The position numbers were made by a program, and so were the translations under genes. Source: a virus (lineage: Duplodnaviria; Caudoviricetes). Taken from it: a stretch of 64,000 nt of DNA. The number at the start of each line of letters is the position of its first letter. The stretch's first letter is position 1. The stretch lies in the IMG/VR virus record IMGVR_UViG_2558309062_000001, positions 32,573 to 96,572 of that record; one strand, 5' to 3'. A model generated the notes under the pieces. That model searched no databases. It saw only the letters and a list, made by a program, of their open reading frames with translations, and was not told the DNA's origin. Below, in pieces: positions 54,677-64,000 of the stretch.

Positions 54677-57600
54677 ATGGGCGCAGCAGCTCACCTGAAC
54701 ATCGCCGGCGCCAAAGGCGGAGAAAGCAAGCCGAAGACCCCTGTCGAGGCGCCGGACAGCCTTCAGTCGACGAACATCGCCAAGATCCTACTCGCCGTAG
54801 GCGAGGGGGAGTTCGACGGCACCCCGACCGCCCGTGATATTTACCTCGATAACACCCCGATTGTGGATGCCAGCGGCAACGTCAACTTTCCGGGAGTGAA
54901 GTGGGAGTGGCGCCCCGGAAGCATTGATCAGAGCTACATCCAGGGCATCCCGGCGGTAGAGAACGAAACCACGGTTGGCGTTGAGCTGCGCAGCGACAGC
55001 CCGTGGGCACGAGCCTTGAGCAATATTCAACTGTCCGCCGTGCGCCTGCGCTTCAGTTGGCCGCGCCTGGCCAAACAGGATAGCGAGGGCAACACGAACG
55101 GCTACCGGATCGAATATGCGATCGACATCGCCACCGATGGCGGCGCTTACGTTGAGTCGCATCGGGGCGCGGTGAGTGGGAAAACCACCAGTGGCTACCA
55201 GCGTTCCGTGCGAGTGGACCTGCCTGAGGCAACCACCGGCTGGATGATGCGCGTCCGTCGCATCACTCCGAACGCGAACAGCGGAACCATCGCCGACACG
55301 ATGAATATCGCTGGCTACACGGAGATCATCGACGAGAAGCTGCGCTATCCGAATACTGCTCTGCTCTACATCGAGTTTGACGCTCAGCAGTTCCAGAACA
55401 TTCCGACGGTGACCGTCGACTGTCGGGCTAAGCGCTGGCCAGTGCCTTCGAACTACGATCCAGATACCCGAACCTATACCGGTGTGTGGGACGGCACTTT
55501 CAAGCAGGCCTGGACCAACAACCCGGCATTCGTGACCTATGGCCTGTGCGTTGAAGACCGTTTCGGCCTGGGTAAGCGCATCAAGTCGTGGATGGTCGAC
55601 AAGTGGGAGATGTACAGGATCGCCCAATACTGCGACCAGTTGGTGTCGGATGGGCGCGGCGGCCTGGAGCCGCGATTCCTGTGTGACATTAACCTGCAGG
55701 GACGTGCCGAGGCTTGGACACTGCTGCGCGACCTGTCGGCGATCTATCGCGGCATGGTGTATTGGGCCCACGGCTTGCTGTTCATGCAGGCGGACATGCC
55801 GCGTGCGCAGGACATCGACTATGTCTTCACTCGCTCGAATGTCATCGACGGTAATTTTGACTATGGTGGCGCCGAGCGCAACACCCACTACAGCCGCGCT
55901 CTGGTCAGCTACGACAACCCGGCCAACAACTACGACACTGACGTTATCCCGGTCACCGACTTGGCGCTGCAGCGCCGGTACCGCGACCGACCCATCGAGA
56001 TCTCGGCCATCGGTTGCACCCGTGCATCCGAAGCCCAGCGTCGCGGCAAGTGGGCACTGCTGAGCAACAGCCAGGACCGCACCGTCACCTTCAAGACGGG
56101 CATGGAGGGTCGTATCCCGCTTCCTGGCTACGTCATCCCGGTGGCAGATGAGCTGGTCGCGGGGCGGCCGAATGGTGGCCGGATCTCGGCAGCAGCGGGA
56201 CGGGTCGTGACTCTGGACCGTGACACGCCGATCAAGGCTGGCGACCGGTTGATCCTGAACCTGCCGAACGGGACCGCCCAGGCCCGGACGGTCCAGTCGG
56301 TCAGTGGCCGCACCGTCACGGTGACCGTGGCCTACAGCGTTCAGCCTGAGCCGGAGCTGCAATGGGCCATCGATTACGACGACCTGGCGGTGCAACTCTT
56401 CCGCGTGCTGAAGACAGTGCGCACCCAGGAAGGGGAGTACGAAATCACGGCGTTGGAGTTCAACCCCAGCAAGTTTGCTGCGATCGATACCGGTGCCAAG
56501 CTGGAAGAGCGACCGATCAGCGTCATTCCGGTGACCACTGTGCAACCGCCGGCCAGCGTCACGCTGACCTCGGCTTACGCAGTGGATCAGGGCATTGCCG
56601 TCAGCACCATGACCATCAGCTGGCCCGCAGTGCAGGGCGCCGTGGCCTATGACGTCGAATGGCGCAAGGATGACGGCAACTGGGTCCGCCTGCAGCGCAC
56701 CGGCACCACCTCGGTTGATGTGGTTGGCATTTACGCTGGCGCCTACTTGGCCAGGGTTCGAGCCGTCAGCTCGTTCGACATCACGTCGATTTGGCGAGAC
56801 TCCAGCTTGACCGAACTGAAGGGCAAGGAAGGCCTACCGCCCTCGGTAACCTTCCTCACAGCCACCTCTCTGCTTTTCAGCATCTCGCTCAAATGGGGCA
56901 TTCCACCAGGTGCTGAGGACACCCAGCGCACGGAAATCTGGTACAGCCAGACGAACGACCTGGGGGCAGCGACCAAGCTGGCGGACCTGGCTTACCCGCA
57001 AACTGAGTACGTCATGCAGGGCTTGGCCGCTGGTGTATCGTTCTTCTTCTGGGCACGTCTGGTGGATAGAACCGGAAACATTGGCCCGTGGTACCCGTTG
57101 GGTAGTGGCGTGCTTGGTCAGTCTGGGTCGGATGCAGGCCCCATCCTCGACCTGATCAGCGGCGAGATTGACGAGTCCATGCTTGGCCAAGAGCTCAAGG
57201 ACAAGATCGAAGGTCTTCAAGATCAGATTGATGCCCTTGACGGGTTGAAGGCTTACGACAAGGGCTTGGCCTATACGAAGGACCAGATGGTGGTCGAGTA
57301 TGGCCGCATCTATCAGGCCAAGATTGCTGTCCCTGCCAACGCTTCTGGAGCAAACGCACCGCCAAACGTGACCTATTGGATAGACGTCGGTCAGTCGGTT
57401 ACCACGGCCAATGGCCTCGCTCAGCAGGTCAGCACCAACACGACCAAAATCGCCGAGGTCGATGGCAAAGTCACTGTGGCGGCCGAAAGCCAGCAGGTAC
57501 TCAGGGCGTCTTATCGCGACGAAAGTGTCGAAGGCGACCTGGCTGCGGCGATCAACCAGTGGAACTCGACCGCTGCCTTTGCTGCTGAGGTGAAAGCAAC

Positions 57601-58144
57601 GGCTACGCGGGAAGAGGCGATTGTCCGGAAGACCGAGACACTCGAAGCGTCGATAGGCCAGACGAATGCTGCTGTGCAGACCGTCAGCCAGGCCCAAGCC
57701 ACGGCGGATGGCAAGGCCAGCACGATGTGGGCGGTCAAGATGCAGCTCAACGCTCAGGGACAGTACCTTGTCGCTGGTATTGGTCTTGGCATCGAGAACG
57801 GCCCGGCCGGTCTTCAAAGCCAGTTTATCGTCCTGGCGGATAGGTTCGCTGTCGCCAGTAGCATCAATGGCGAGATCAAGTCGTTTTTCGCCGTCCAGGG
57901 CGGACAGTCGTTCATGGATTCGGCATTCATCATGGACGGCACGATCACCAACGCCAAGATCGGCAGCTACATCAGCTCAACCAACTATGTGGCGGGCCAG
58001 CAGGGCTGGATCCTTAACAAGTCCGGAACCTTTGAAATCAACGGGACAGTCGCAGGGCAGGGGCGCTTGCTCCTGAATAACCAGCGCCTGCGGATATTCC
58101 ATGCCAACGGCAACCTGGCGATTGACCTCGGAGTGAACGTATGA
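54677..58144 (+). CDS. Central tail fibre J-like
   Basis: 1155 aa; same motifs as P1 J. Confidence 0.92.
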   Translation: MGAAAHLNIAGAKGGESKPKTPVEAPDSLQSTNIAKILLAVGEGEFDGTPTARDIYLDNTPIVDASGNVNFPGVKWEWRPGSIDQSYIQGIPAVENETTVGVELRSDSPWARALSNIQLSAVRLRFSWPRLAKQDSEGNTNGYRIEYAIDIATDGGAYVESHRGAVSGKTTSGYQRSVRVDLPEATTGWMMRVRRITPNANSGTIADTMNIAGYTEIIDEKLRYPNTALLYIEFDAQQFQNIPTVTVDCRAKRWPVPSNYDPDTRTYTGVWDGTFKQAWTNNPAFVTYGLCVEDRFGLGKRIKSWMVDKWEMYRIAQYCDQLVSDGRGGLEPRFLCDINLQGRAEAWTLLRDLSAIYRGMVYWAHGLLFMQADMPRAQDIDYVFTRSNVIDGNFDYGGAERNTHYSRALVSYDNPANNYDTDVIPVTDLALQRRYRDRPIEISAIGCTRASEAQRRGKWALLSNSQDRTVTFKTGMEGRIPLPGYVIPVADELVAGRPNGGRISAAAGRVVTLDRDTPIKAGDRLILNLPNGTAQARTVQSVSGRTVTVTVAYSVQPEPELQWAIDYDDLAVQLFRVLKTVRTQEGEYEITALEFNPSKFAAIDTGAKLEERPISVIPVTTVQPPASVTLTSAYAVDQGIAVSTMTISWPAVQGAVAYDVEWRKDDGNWVRLQRTGTTSVDVVGIYAGAYLARVRAVSSFDITSIWRDSSLTELKGKEGLPPSVTFLTATSLLFSISLKWGIPPGAEDTQRTEIWYSQTNDLGAATKLADLAYPQTEYVMQGLAAGVSFFFWARLVDRTGNIGPWYPLGSGVLGQSGSDAGPILDLISGEIDESMLGQELKDKIEGLQDQIDALDGLKAYDKGLAYTKDQMVVEYGRIYQAKIAVPANASGANAPPNVTYWIDVGQSVTTANGLAQQVSTNTTKIAEVDGKVTVAAESQQVLRASYRDESVEGDLAAAINQWNSTAAFAAEVKATATREEAIVRKTETLEASIGQTNAAVQTVSQAQATADGKASTMWAVKMQLNAQGQYLVAGIGLGIENGPAGLQSQFIVLADRFAVASSINGEIKSFFAVQGGQSFMDSAFIMDGTITNAKIGSYISSTNYVAGQQGWILNKSGTFEINGTVAGQGRLLLNNQRLRIFHANGNLAIDLGVNV

Positions 58145-58455
58145 GCGCTGGCCTGAAGGTCTATGACCCTAGCGGCTTGGTGCTCCTCGACATGACGAGC
58201 TCGATCAGCCAGATGATGGGGTATGTGGACACGGGAGCGGCCAATGGGTCGCTCTCGATCCCTTTGCCTCCAGCCGGCAAGGAGCTGTTCTACGCCATCA
58301 CCGAGCTGTCGGCGCAGAACAAGTATCTGGGAAAGCGCCCAGGGGTGACCCTGACCGTCGGGGCCTCCAGCGCGACCTTAGCCTGGCAGTACTCCTACGC
58401 CGGCGGCTGGGGGTTCTATTCGCTGAACTGCCGCATTCATTACGGATATCACTAA
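58141..58455 (+). CDS. J-associated accessory protein (small)
   Basis: MSAGLKVYDPSG..LD; ATGA coupling. Confidence 0.7.
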   Translation: MSAGLKVYDPSGLVLLDMTSSISQMMGYVDTGAANGSLSIPLPPAGKELFYAITELSAQNKYLGKRPGVTLTVGASSATLAWQYSYAGGWGFYSLNCRIHYGYH

Positions 58456-59331
58456 ATGTCAGCAGGTTTGAAGGTCTTCAAGGAGGACGGCAGCCTTCTG
58501 TTCGACACGGAGAAGATCACGTATGGCCTGCTGAAAAGCGGGTACATGACACTGTTGGTCAATTGGCCACGCCTGGACTACAGGTCGGCGAACCTGCCGC
58601 CCAACCAGGGTAGCAGCTATGCCGAGTCGTCCATTACCGATGCCATCCATGGGTTCAGCGTTACAGGCGCAGTGGCGCCGATTGTCTTTATCGTCGGCTC
58701 GGGTATCTCCTGCGGGTCTTCTCGCTCGGGCGACACCACGACCTTCTACTACATCGGCGCGAGTCCTTCGACGAAGTATTACTACTTCGACACGATGCGG
58801 GACACGCTGAGTGGCGCTGGCCTGAAGTGCTACGACGAATCGGGCACGCTGACCTTCAACTCGTTGCAGTACCCGCTCAACATCGTGGCCACGGTCTCAG
58901 CTCCAGCCCCGCCCACGCCAACGGTCGTCAATGGCACGGCCAATTACGGCGTACCGTTTGCTGGTGCGACCAAACTGGCTACGCGCTTCATCAGCTCTGG
59001 CCCCTACTACTGTGTGGCGCGGGTGTTCATCTCAGTTGGCTCGGGTGAGTTCGCAGCAGCTACGACATTCTCCAGATCGTTCGGCCAGGGGCGCATGGAT
59101 GGAATGTCGGCGCCCGGCAGCCCGTTTCCCGCATACAGCAACCAGCAAGCCCATATGGACGGGGCATATGGGGCTTCTGGCGGTATTTACTTCATGTCGT
59201 GTGATGCCGCCAGGACCACGATGTATTGGGGCGCTCCAGTCACATACAACAGCTATTACGGCATCCCGACGGATAAGTACCCAGAAGCCCTAATTATCAA
59301 AACGGACAACTTGCCGTTCCCTTTCAATTAA
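58456..59331 (+). CDS. J-associated accessory protein (large)
   Basis: MSAGLKVFKEDG..FDT and GAGLKCYDESG..FNS repeats. Confidence 0.7.
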   Translation: MSAGLKVFKEDGSLLFDTEKITYGLLKSGYMTLLVNWPRLDYRSANLPPNQGSSYAESSITDAIHGFSVTGAVAPIVFIVGSGISCGSSRSGDTTTFYYIGASPSTKYYYFDTMRDTLSGAGLKCYDESGTLTFNSLQYPLNIVATVSAPAPPTPTVVNGTANYGVPFAGATKLATRFISSGPYYCVARVFISVGSGEFAAATTFSRSFGQGRMDGMSAPGSPFPAYSNQQAHMDGAYGASGGIYFMSCDAARTTMYWGAPVTYNSYYGIPTDKYPEALIIKTDNLPFPFN

Positions 59332-59346
59332 TTGTTGGAGCAATCC

Positions 59347-60129
59347 ATGGCCTGGTACAGAGCTGGCACCGTGGCGATCACGGCTGGCCAAAATACGGTG
59401 ACCGGTACCGGCACCAGCTTTTCTGCAAACGCCCGGGTGGGTGACGCTTTCCTGGGTCCCGATGGGGCCTGGTATGAAGTGACCAACATCGCCAGCGCGA
59501 CTGTGCTGAGCATTCTTCCGGCTTACAAAGGCGCAACTGTTGGCGCGGGAAGCTATGCGATCTCACCGATCCAGGGGTACGACAAAAGCCTCCGAGACGC
59601 CATTAACGCGATTGTCCAGCAATGGGGGGCAACGTTGGCGGGTCTGGGCGCCGTCTCAACCGAAGACGTTGTGCCTGTTGCGAAAGGAGGTACGGGCGGG
59701 ACAACCCCTAGTGCGGCGCGAAGCGGCCTGGGGCTGAAAGCGGCAGCCATAGCCGATATCGTCGGTACTGTTTTGCAAAGCGGGGGTGTACCCACTGGCG
59801 CCATCCTAGAATTCATCAGCAATGCCAATGGCGACTGCGTGAAGTTTGCAGACGGCACGATGATCTGTGTGATGGAAAGCTCGACCACTTACACAGCCAC
59901 CGCCGCTCAAGGGGCGCTGTTTTACAACAATGGCCAGACCTTTACATACCCAGCTCCGTTTATCGCAGCCCCCAAAGTGCTTCCAGCCCCTGTGTCGGCT
60001 GGCGGTGGCGGTATGCCCCTGGGGTTCTCCTACAGTCGAAGCGCAGTGTCCGTTGGCATCGGCGCTTATGCCGTTGTCAGTGGAACGATTTTTCGGCCTG
60101 GTTACGTAGCCATTGGGAGGTGGTACTGA
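59347..60129 (+). CDS. Side tail fibre protein
   Basis: C-terminal two-thirds identical to the P1 fibre. Confidence 0.85.
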   Translation: MAWYRAGTVAITAGQNTVTGTGTSFSANARVGDAFLGPDGAWYEVTNIASATVLSILPAYKGATVGAGSYAISPIQGYDKSLRDAINAIVQQWGATLAGLGAVSTEDVVPVAKGGTGGTTPSAARSGLGLKAAAIADIVGTVLQSGGVPTGAILEFISNANGDCVKFADGTMICVMESSTTYTATAAQGALFYNNGQTFTYPAPFIAAPKVLPAPVSAGGGGMPLGFSYSRSAVSVGIGAYAVVSGTIFRPGYVAIGRWY

Positions 60130-60722
60130 TGATAATTAAACTTTCCCCGGTTCGCTCTGATGCGGGCCTCTCTGTGGTTAAGTCGGGCGACATACTGGAA
60201 GTCAACGCCGTGGCGCTGGACTTTTCCCGGTTGACCGATGGCGCAACCCTGCCGGCTGAGGCCATTGGGTGCGAGTTCGTGATCGGCCCGGTTGAGCGCA
60301 CCAACGGAGTCCTTGTGCTGACCCTCATGCTGCCGCACGCCGCTGACGCGCCGCAGGCAGCACGCTTCCCGGTCGATCTCTATCCGATCGACGGCCAAGT
60401 GCAGCTGCCGGGCGTGGACCTGGTCGACCGCCAGGCTGCAACCGCAGGCGTGATCGACTGGTCGCAGGTCATCACGGCTGAGGCCAAGGCCCAGGCCGCT
60501 GCTGAGCAGCTGCTCGCCACGGTGGCTGCCGAGATCGCCCAGCACCGCGCTGTAGCCGATGCTGCCATTGCCCCGCTACAGGATGCCGTCGAGCTTGAGG
60601 AGGCCACCGAGGCCGAAGCTGCACTGTTGAAGGAGTGGAAGCGCTACCGCCTGGCGCTGATCCGGCTGCCCGAGCAGGAAGGCTACCCCAACAGCATCGA
60701 CTGGCCCGCACTGCCGGCCTGA
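60129..60722 (+). CDS. Tail fibre assembly protein
   Basis: Near-identical to 6353..6946. Confidence 0.88.
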   Translation: MIIKLSPVRSDAGLSVVKSGDILEVNAVALDFSRLTDGATLPAEAIGCEFVIGPVERTNGVLVLTLMLPHAADAPQAARFPVDLYPIDGQVQLPGVDLVDRQAATAGVIDWSQVITAEAKAQAAAEQLLATVAAEIAQHRAVADAAIAPLQDAVELEEATEAEAALLKEWKRYRLALIRLPEQEGYPNSIDWPALPA

Positions 60723-60779
60723 TCCGCCCCGAACCCACCGACCGCCGCCTGGCGGTATTTTTTTGCCTGGAGAAAACCT

Positions 60780-61226
60780 ATGACCACACCTCGCGGTGTC
60801 CGGAACAACAACCCCGGCAACATCGACTTCAACCCGCGCAATGCCTGGCAGGGCCAGCTCGGCCTGGAGGTTGGCGTGGCTAAACCACGATTTGCCCGCT
60901 TCGACACGCCAGAGAACGGCATCCGCGCCCTGGGCAAGCTGCTCATCAACTACCGGGGCAAGGACGGCATGCCCGGTGTGGGCGGAAAGGGCATCGACAC
61001 CGTGCTGGAAACCATCCACCGCTGGGCGCCGGCCAACGAGAACGACACCAAGGCCTATGCCACGGCCGTGGCCAAGCGCCTGGGCGTAGGCATCACCGAT
61101 CCGATCAACATCAAAAACCTGGCCACGCTGCGCGGGATGGTGGTCAGCATCATCATCCATGAGAACGGCGGCAACCCATACGAAGCCGCAGTGATCGACG
61201 AGGGCGTGCTGAGGGCGCTGGTGTGA
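60780..61226 (+). CDS. Probable endolysin
   Basis: Near-identical to 7003..7449. Confidence 0.75.
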   Translation: MTTPRGVRNNNPGNIDFNPRNAWQGQLGLEVGVAKPRFARFDTPENGIRALGKLLINYRGKDGMPGVGGKGIDTVLETIHRWAPANENDTKAYATAVAKRLGVGITDPINIKNLATLRGMVVSIIIHENGGNPYEAAVIDEGVLRALV

Positions 61227-61720
61227 AGGCCTTGGCGCTCAGGCTGGGGCTGCTTGCGCTGGTGCTGGCGTCCTACTGGGGCGCCTATCAGCACGGGCGA
61301 TCGGTAGAGCGGGCCGAATCCGGCTTGGTATCAGCACAACGAGATAGCGGCGACCGGCTGGCCGAGGTGCTAGGCGAACGCGGCGCCCGCGCGGAAGAAC
61401 AGCGACGCGCCACGGCGCAAGAGGAGGCAAGAGCCCATGCAAGAGAAGAACACCAGGTGGCTGATGTTGGCGCTGCTGCTGCCGATGCTGCTGGCCAGCG
61501 GATGCGCGGCGAAGCAGCCAATCTCGCTGCCACCGTCAGTTGCCCCGGCGCGGATACCGCCGCTGTCGCCCGAGGCCAGGCAGCCACCCGCGCCGCCATG
61601 GTGCTCTCCGACCTGCTCGCACGGGCTGATGAACGAGCGGGAGAACTGGCGAAAGCTTATGACCGTGCCCGAATAGCAGGGCAGCTCTGCGAGGCGTCCT
61701 ATAATGCGCTGGTCAATTGA
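61223..61720 (+). CDS. i-spanin Rz-like
   Basis: As 7446..7961 but with a different last ~12 aa. Confidence 0.85.
   Translation: MKALALRLGLLALVLASYWGAYQHGRSVERAESGLVSAQRDSGDRLAEVLGERGARAEEQRRATAQEEARAHAREEHQVADVGAAAADAAGQRMRGEAANLAATVSCPGADTAAVARGQAATRAAMVLSDLLARADERAGELAKAYDRARIAGQLCEASYNALVN
61437..61676 (+). CDS. o-spanin Rz1-like
   Basis: Embedded in Rz; lipobox LLASGC. Confidence 0.82.
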   Translation: MQEKNTRWLMLALLLPMLLASGCAAKQPISLPPSVAPARIPPLSPEARQPPAPPWCSPTCSHGLMNERENWRKLMTVPE

Positions 61721-61733
61721 TCGGAGCAGTACC

Positions 61734-61958
61734 GTGGATAAGCGCAGTTTTATAGGAATGGTCGAGGCCGGCGAGCCGCTGATTCAGCAGGCCATTGAAG
61801 CGATGCGGAAGTACCACGAGGCTCAGGATTTCGGGGCGCCACCCGAAGAGGTGGAGCGCCTTCGCCTACTAGCGGAGTCCCTGTTTGAGGCGGTTTCCGA
61901 CTACCAATCGCGAGTGATTGCGAAAGCTCGCGGCAAGGATCTACCGCCTATGCATTAA
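61734..61958 (+). CDS. Hypothetical protein (74 aa)
   Basis: GGAG RBS, GTG start. Confidence 0.65.
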   Translation: MDKRSFIGMVEAGEPLIQQAIEAMRKYHEAQDFGAPPEEVERLRLLAESLFEAVSDYQSRVIAKARGKDLPPMH

Positions 61959-62003
61959 GCCGCTGATCGACATTTGCCCGAAAACGCGCCGATGTATACG
62001 ATA

Positions 62004-62019
62004 CTGTATCTATATACAG
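62004..62019. promoter_or_regulatory. LexA (SOS) box
   Basis: CTGTATCTATATACAG, near consensus. Confidence 0.88.
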
Positions 62020-62037
62020 TATTGGTGTCGGTGAGCT

Positions 62038-62346
62038 ATGTACTTCCTCGTTGTTCGTCGCCGAGTACGCGGCGTGGCAATCCCAGCGGACCAGCTTCGC
62101 AAGGTCAAACCCCTGAAAGCTGACATCCACATCGGTGAGCATCATTCCGAGGTGCTTGGCCGGGTGGCTACCCAGGCATGGGTTTTCAACCCAACGCCGA
62201 GCGGCGACATCATCCCGCGCCTGCTCGATGCCAAGGTCAACGGCATGGCCCAGCTCGGCATGAACATCAATGGCGTGGAGGAGGTCGACGGCGTGCTCTA
62301 CGCGCAGTCTTGGTGGTGCCGGGCGGAGGGGTCGTATGGCAACTAG
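62038..62346 (+). CDS. SOS-box-associated hypothetical protein
   Basis: Identical protein to 8278..8586. Confidence 0.8.
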   Translation: MYFLVVRRRVRGVAIPADQLRKVKPLKADIHIGEHHSEVLGRVATQAWVFNPTPSGDIIPRLLDAKVNGMAQLGMNINGVEEVDGVLYAQSWWCRAEGSYGN

Positions 62347-62542
62347 TCTGCCGCCGGCCTGGCTGGCCGAACTGAACGACCAGGCCGCACTGTTGGCTGA
62401 TCCTGATGGGCGCGCAGCGGTACTCGATGAGATGGCCTATGCTGCACGCCGGCGGCGAGAGGTCGATGACTGCGACCTGGTCGACATGCTGGAGATCGTT
62501 GAGTCGGCCAGGCTGTGGGCTCTGGATGGCGCGGATCTGTGA
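62336..62542 (+). CDS. Hypothetical protein (68 aa)
   Basis: Copy of 8576..8782. Confidence 0.75.
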   Translation: MATSLPPAWLAELNDQAALLADPDGRAAVLDEMAYAARRRREVDDCDLVDMLEIVESARLWALDGADL

Positions 62543-62705
62543 GGAGCTATATAAAGGAAGGGAATCGGACGGCGGAACGCCGGGATGGGCAGCCAGGGCT
62601 GCGTGAGAAATGCGTGACTCTCATGAACGCTTGGGAGCACCTATGGACGGTCGATTGCAGCGAGCGCGCCGAAAAGTGCTGTGATATCATGCCGTTAGGT
62701 GGCTT

Positions 62706-62758
62706 GGCATGCATGGGGTGCAAGGGGTCGAGTGTTCGAATCACTCCGTCCCGACCAA
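62706..62758 (+). repeat. att core at the right end of P2 (tRNA-Pro 3' half)
   Basis: Identical to 8949..9001. Confidence 0.93.
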
Positions 62759-62768
62759 AAAACCCTAG

Positions 62769-62803
62769 AAAATCCAGTCACTTAACGGTGACTGGATTTT
62801 TTT
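62769..62803. terminator. Bidirectional terminator after att
   Basis: AAAATCCAGTCAC-ttaacg-GTGACTGGATTTT. Confidence 0.8.
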
Positions 62804-63045
62804 ATGGGCAGCTTTTTTGCCTTCGCTCTGAAAGGTTCGTTTCTGGTGACCGTTTGGTGACCGTTTGCGCTTAGCTTGCTTTCGAGCGTCTAGCTGCATT
62901 TCGGTCAGAGCGGCCCTGGGAAAGGTGGTTTCATATGTGCTCGTCTCCGATAAGTGGAACTCATGCCGTCAAGATCCTTGAAGGGATGTCGGATCTTGTC
63001 TCTCTCCATCGCAAGGACAAGGCTGATAAATTCTGGAGCTATAAG

Positions 63046-64000
63046 TGTCGGCGCTGATTGAAAATTGACCCACCCTGCCGATTGAAAAATGACCCAGGGC
63101 TGCTTGCCGATTTAGACCCCGGCAATTGTGGATAAGCCTAGCAGTCGACAGCGTCGTAAAAGTGCTGACCCTGCACTCAGCAAGGCCAGCCCAAAGAGGT
63201 CAAAACGGGTCGTCCTCCGCCTCCTCGATATCCTGTCGCCTACGCTCCCTCGCCTGGATCTTGGTCTTGGCCACCAAGGTGCTGTTTTGCAGGCGGTACG
63301 ATTCATTCCCCGTCTCGACGATGTGGCAGTGGTGTGTCAATCGGTCGAGCAAGGCCGTGGTCATCTTGGCGTCGCCAAATACGCTCGACCATTCGGCGAA
63401 GCTGAGATTGGTGGTGATGATCACGCTGGTGTGCTCGTAAAGCTTCGAGAGCAGGTGGAACAGCAAGGCTCCGCCGCTCTGACTGAAAGGTAGGTAACCA
63501 AGCTCATCAAGGATTACCAGATCTGCACGCAGTAGCCCCCGGGCGATCCGCCCCGTTTTGCCCTCGTGCTTATCACGTTCCAGCAGGTTGACCAGATCGA
63601 CCGTGGAGTGGAAGCGTACACGCTTGTTGTGTTGGGTGATGCCGGCCACCGCCAGGGCGGTGGCGAGGTGCGTTTTACCGGTGCCAGGGCCGCCGATGAA
63701 CACCACATTTTGAGCTGTGTCGGTGAAGGTCAGAGTGGACAGTTCCTTGATCAGCCGGGCATCAGCGCTGGATACACCGAAGTCGAAGCCAGCCAGATCG
63801 CGGTGCATGGGCAGTTTCGCCATATTCATCTGATGATGTACCGAGCGCACTGCCCGGTCGGCGTGTTCCTGATCGAGGAGATGCTCGATCAGCCATTTCG
63901 ATGAGGCGGTGGTGGATTCACCTTGTGCGGCCAGATCTGCCCAGGCAGTGGCCATGCCGTGCAGGCGTAAGTCTTTGAGTTCCTCTGTAAGATCACGCAT
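63046..64000 (-). mobile_element. IS21-family element, istB end
   Basis: Terminal TGTC; internal repeats GATTGAAAA(T/A)TGACCCA at 63056 and 63080; istB adjacent. Confidence 0.9.
63200..64000 (-). CDS. istB: IS21 helper ATPase IstB
   Basis: [36 protein letters not shown]. Confidence 0.95.
   Translation of the reverse strand: MRDLTEELKDLRLHGMATAWADLAAQGESTTASSKWLIEHLLDQEHADRAVRSVHHQMNMAKLPMHRDLAGFDFGVSSADARLIKELSTLTFTDTAQNVVFIGGPGTGKTHLATALAVAGITQHNKRVRFHSTVDLVNLLERDKHEGKTGRIARGLLRADLVILDELGYLPFSQSGGALLFHLLSKLYEHTSVIITTNLSFAEWSSVFGDAKMTTALLDRLTHHCHIVETGNESYRLQNSTLVAKTKIQARERRRQDIEEAEDDPF

Larger units (their letters stand above)
8949..62758. mobile_element. Prophage P2, lambdoid siphovirus, 53,757 bp att to att
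   Basis: Flanking direct repeats, adjacent integrase, and all standard modules in canonical order. Confidence 0.95.

Noticed and set aside
40293-56545. Long antisense ORFs (40293..41636, 46610..48109, 54788..56545 and similar)
   Set aside because: Shadow frames of high-GC structural genes, with no RBS or recognisable motifs.
57850-60129. Invertible tail-fibre shufflon
   Set aside because: No invertase, no inverted partial fibre genes and no flanking inverted crossover sites found.
62870-63045. Integrase 3' remnant (..RRRAHMKP..) cut by IS21
   Set aside because: Only a faint resemblance, with no catalytic Tyr. Cannot be supported without an alignment.

Overview
This is high-GC DNA, Pseudomonas-like judging by gene content and the tRNA-Pro att core. 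The window holds tandem lambdoid siphovirus prophages at the 3' half of a tRNA-Pro(GGG). Positions 1-~9000 are the right end of prophage P1 (tail tip K/I/J, tail fibre, endolysin-Rz-Rz1, and a LexA-box two-gene operon). Positions ~8949-62758 are prophage P2, bounded by 53-bp direct repeats and 53,757 bp long att to att. P2 carries int/xis, an early-left arm of small genes, cI/cro with mappable operators, replication genes, nin, a Q-like regulator, holins, head and tail genes, and lysis genes. Its portal gene has a one-base frameshift. To the right lie a terminator, a third pair of integrase-arm-like repeats and the end of an IS21-family element (istB). The most notable unexplained items are: (i) a 36-37 bp inverted-repeat site found four times at P2 gene boundaries; (ii) an accessory island between tail genes K and I (TM protein, DUF6338-like protein plus Pro-rich peptide, GIY-YIG protein, lipoprotein); (iii) alternating near-identical and unrelated blocks shared by P1 and P2, including an exchangeable J-tip cassette; (iv) an HNH endonuclease apparently inserted into an Rmf-like gene; (v) large structured non-coding segments in the PL transcript. 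All family assignments come from motif recognition by eye, with no database searches.
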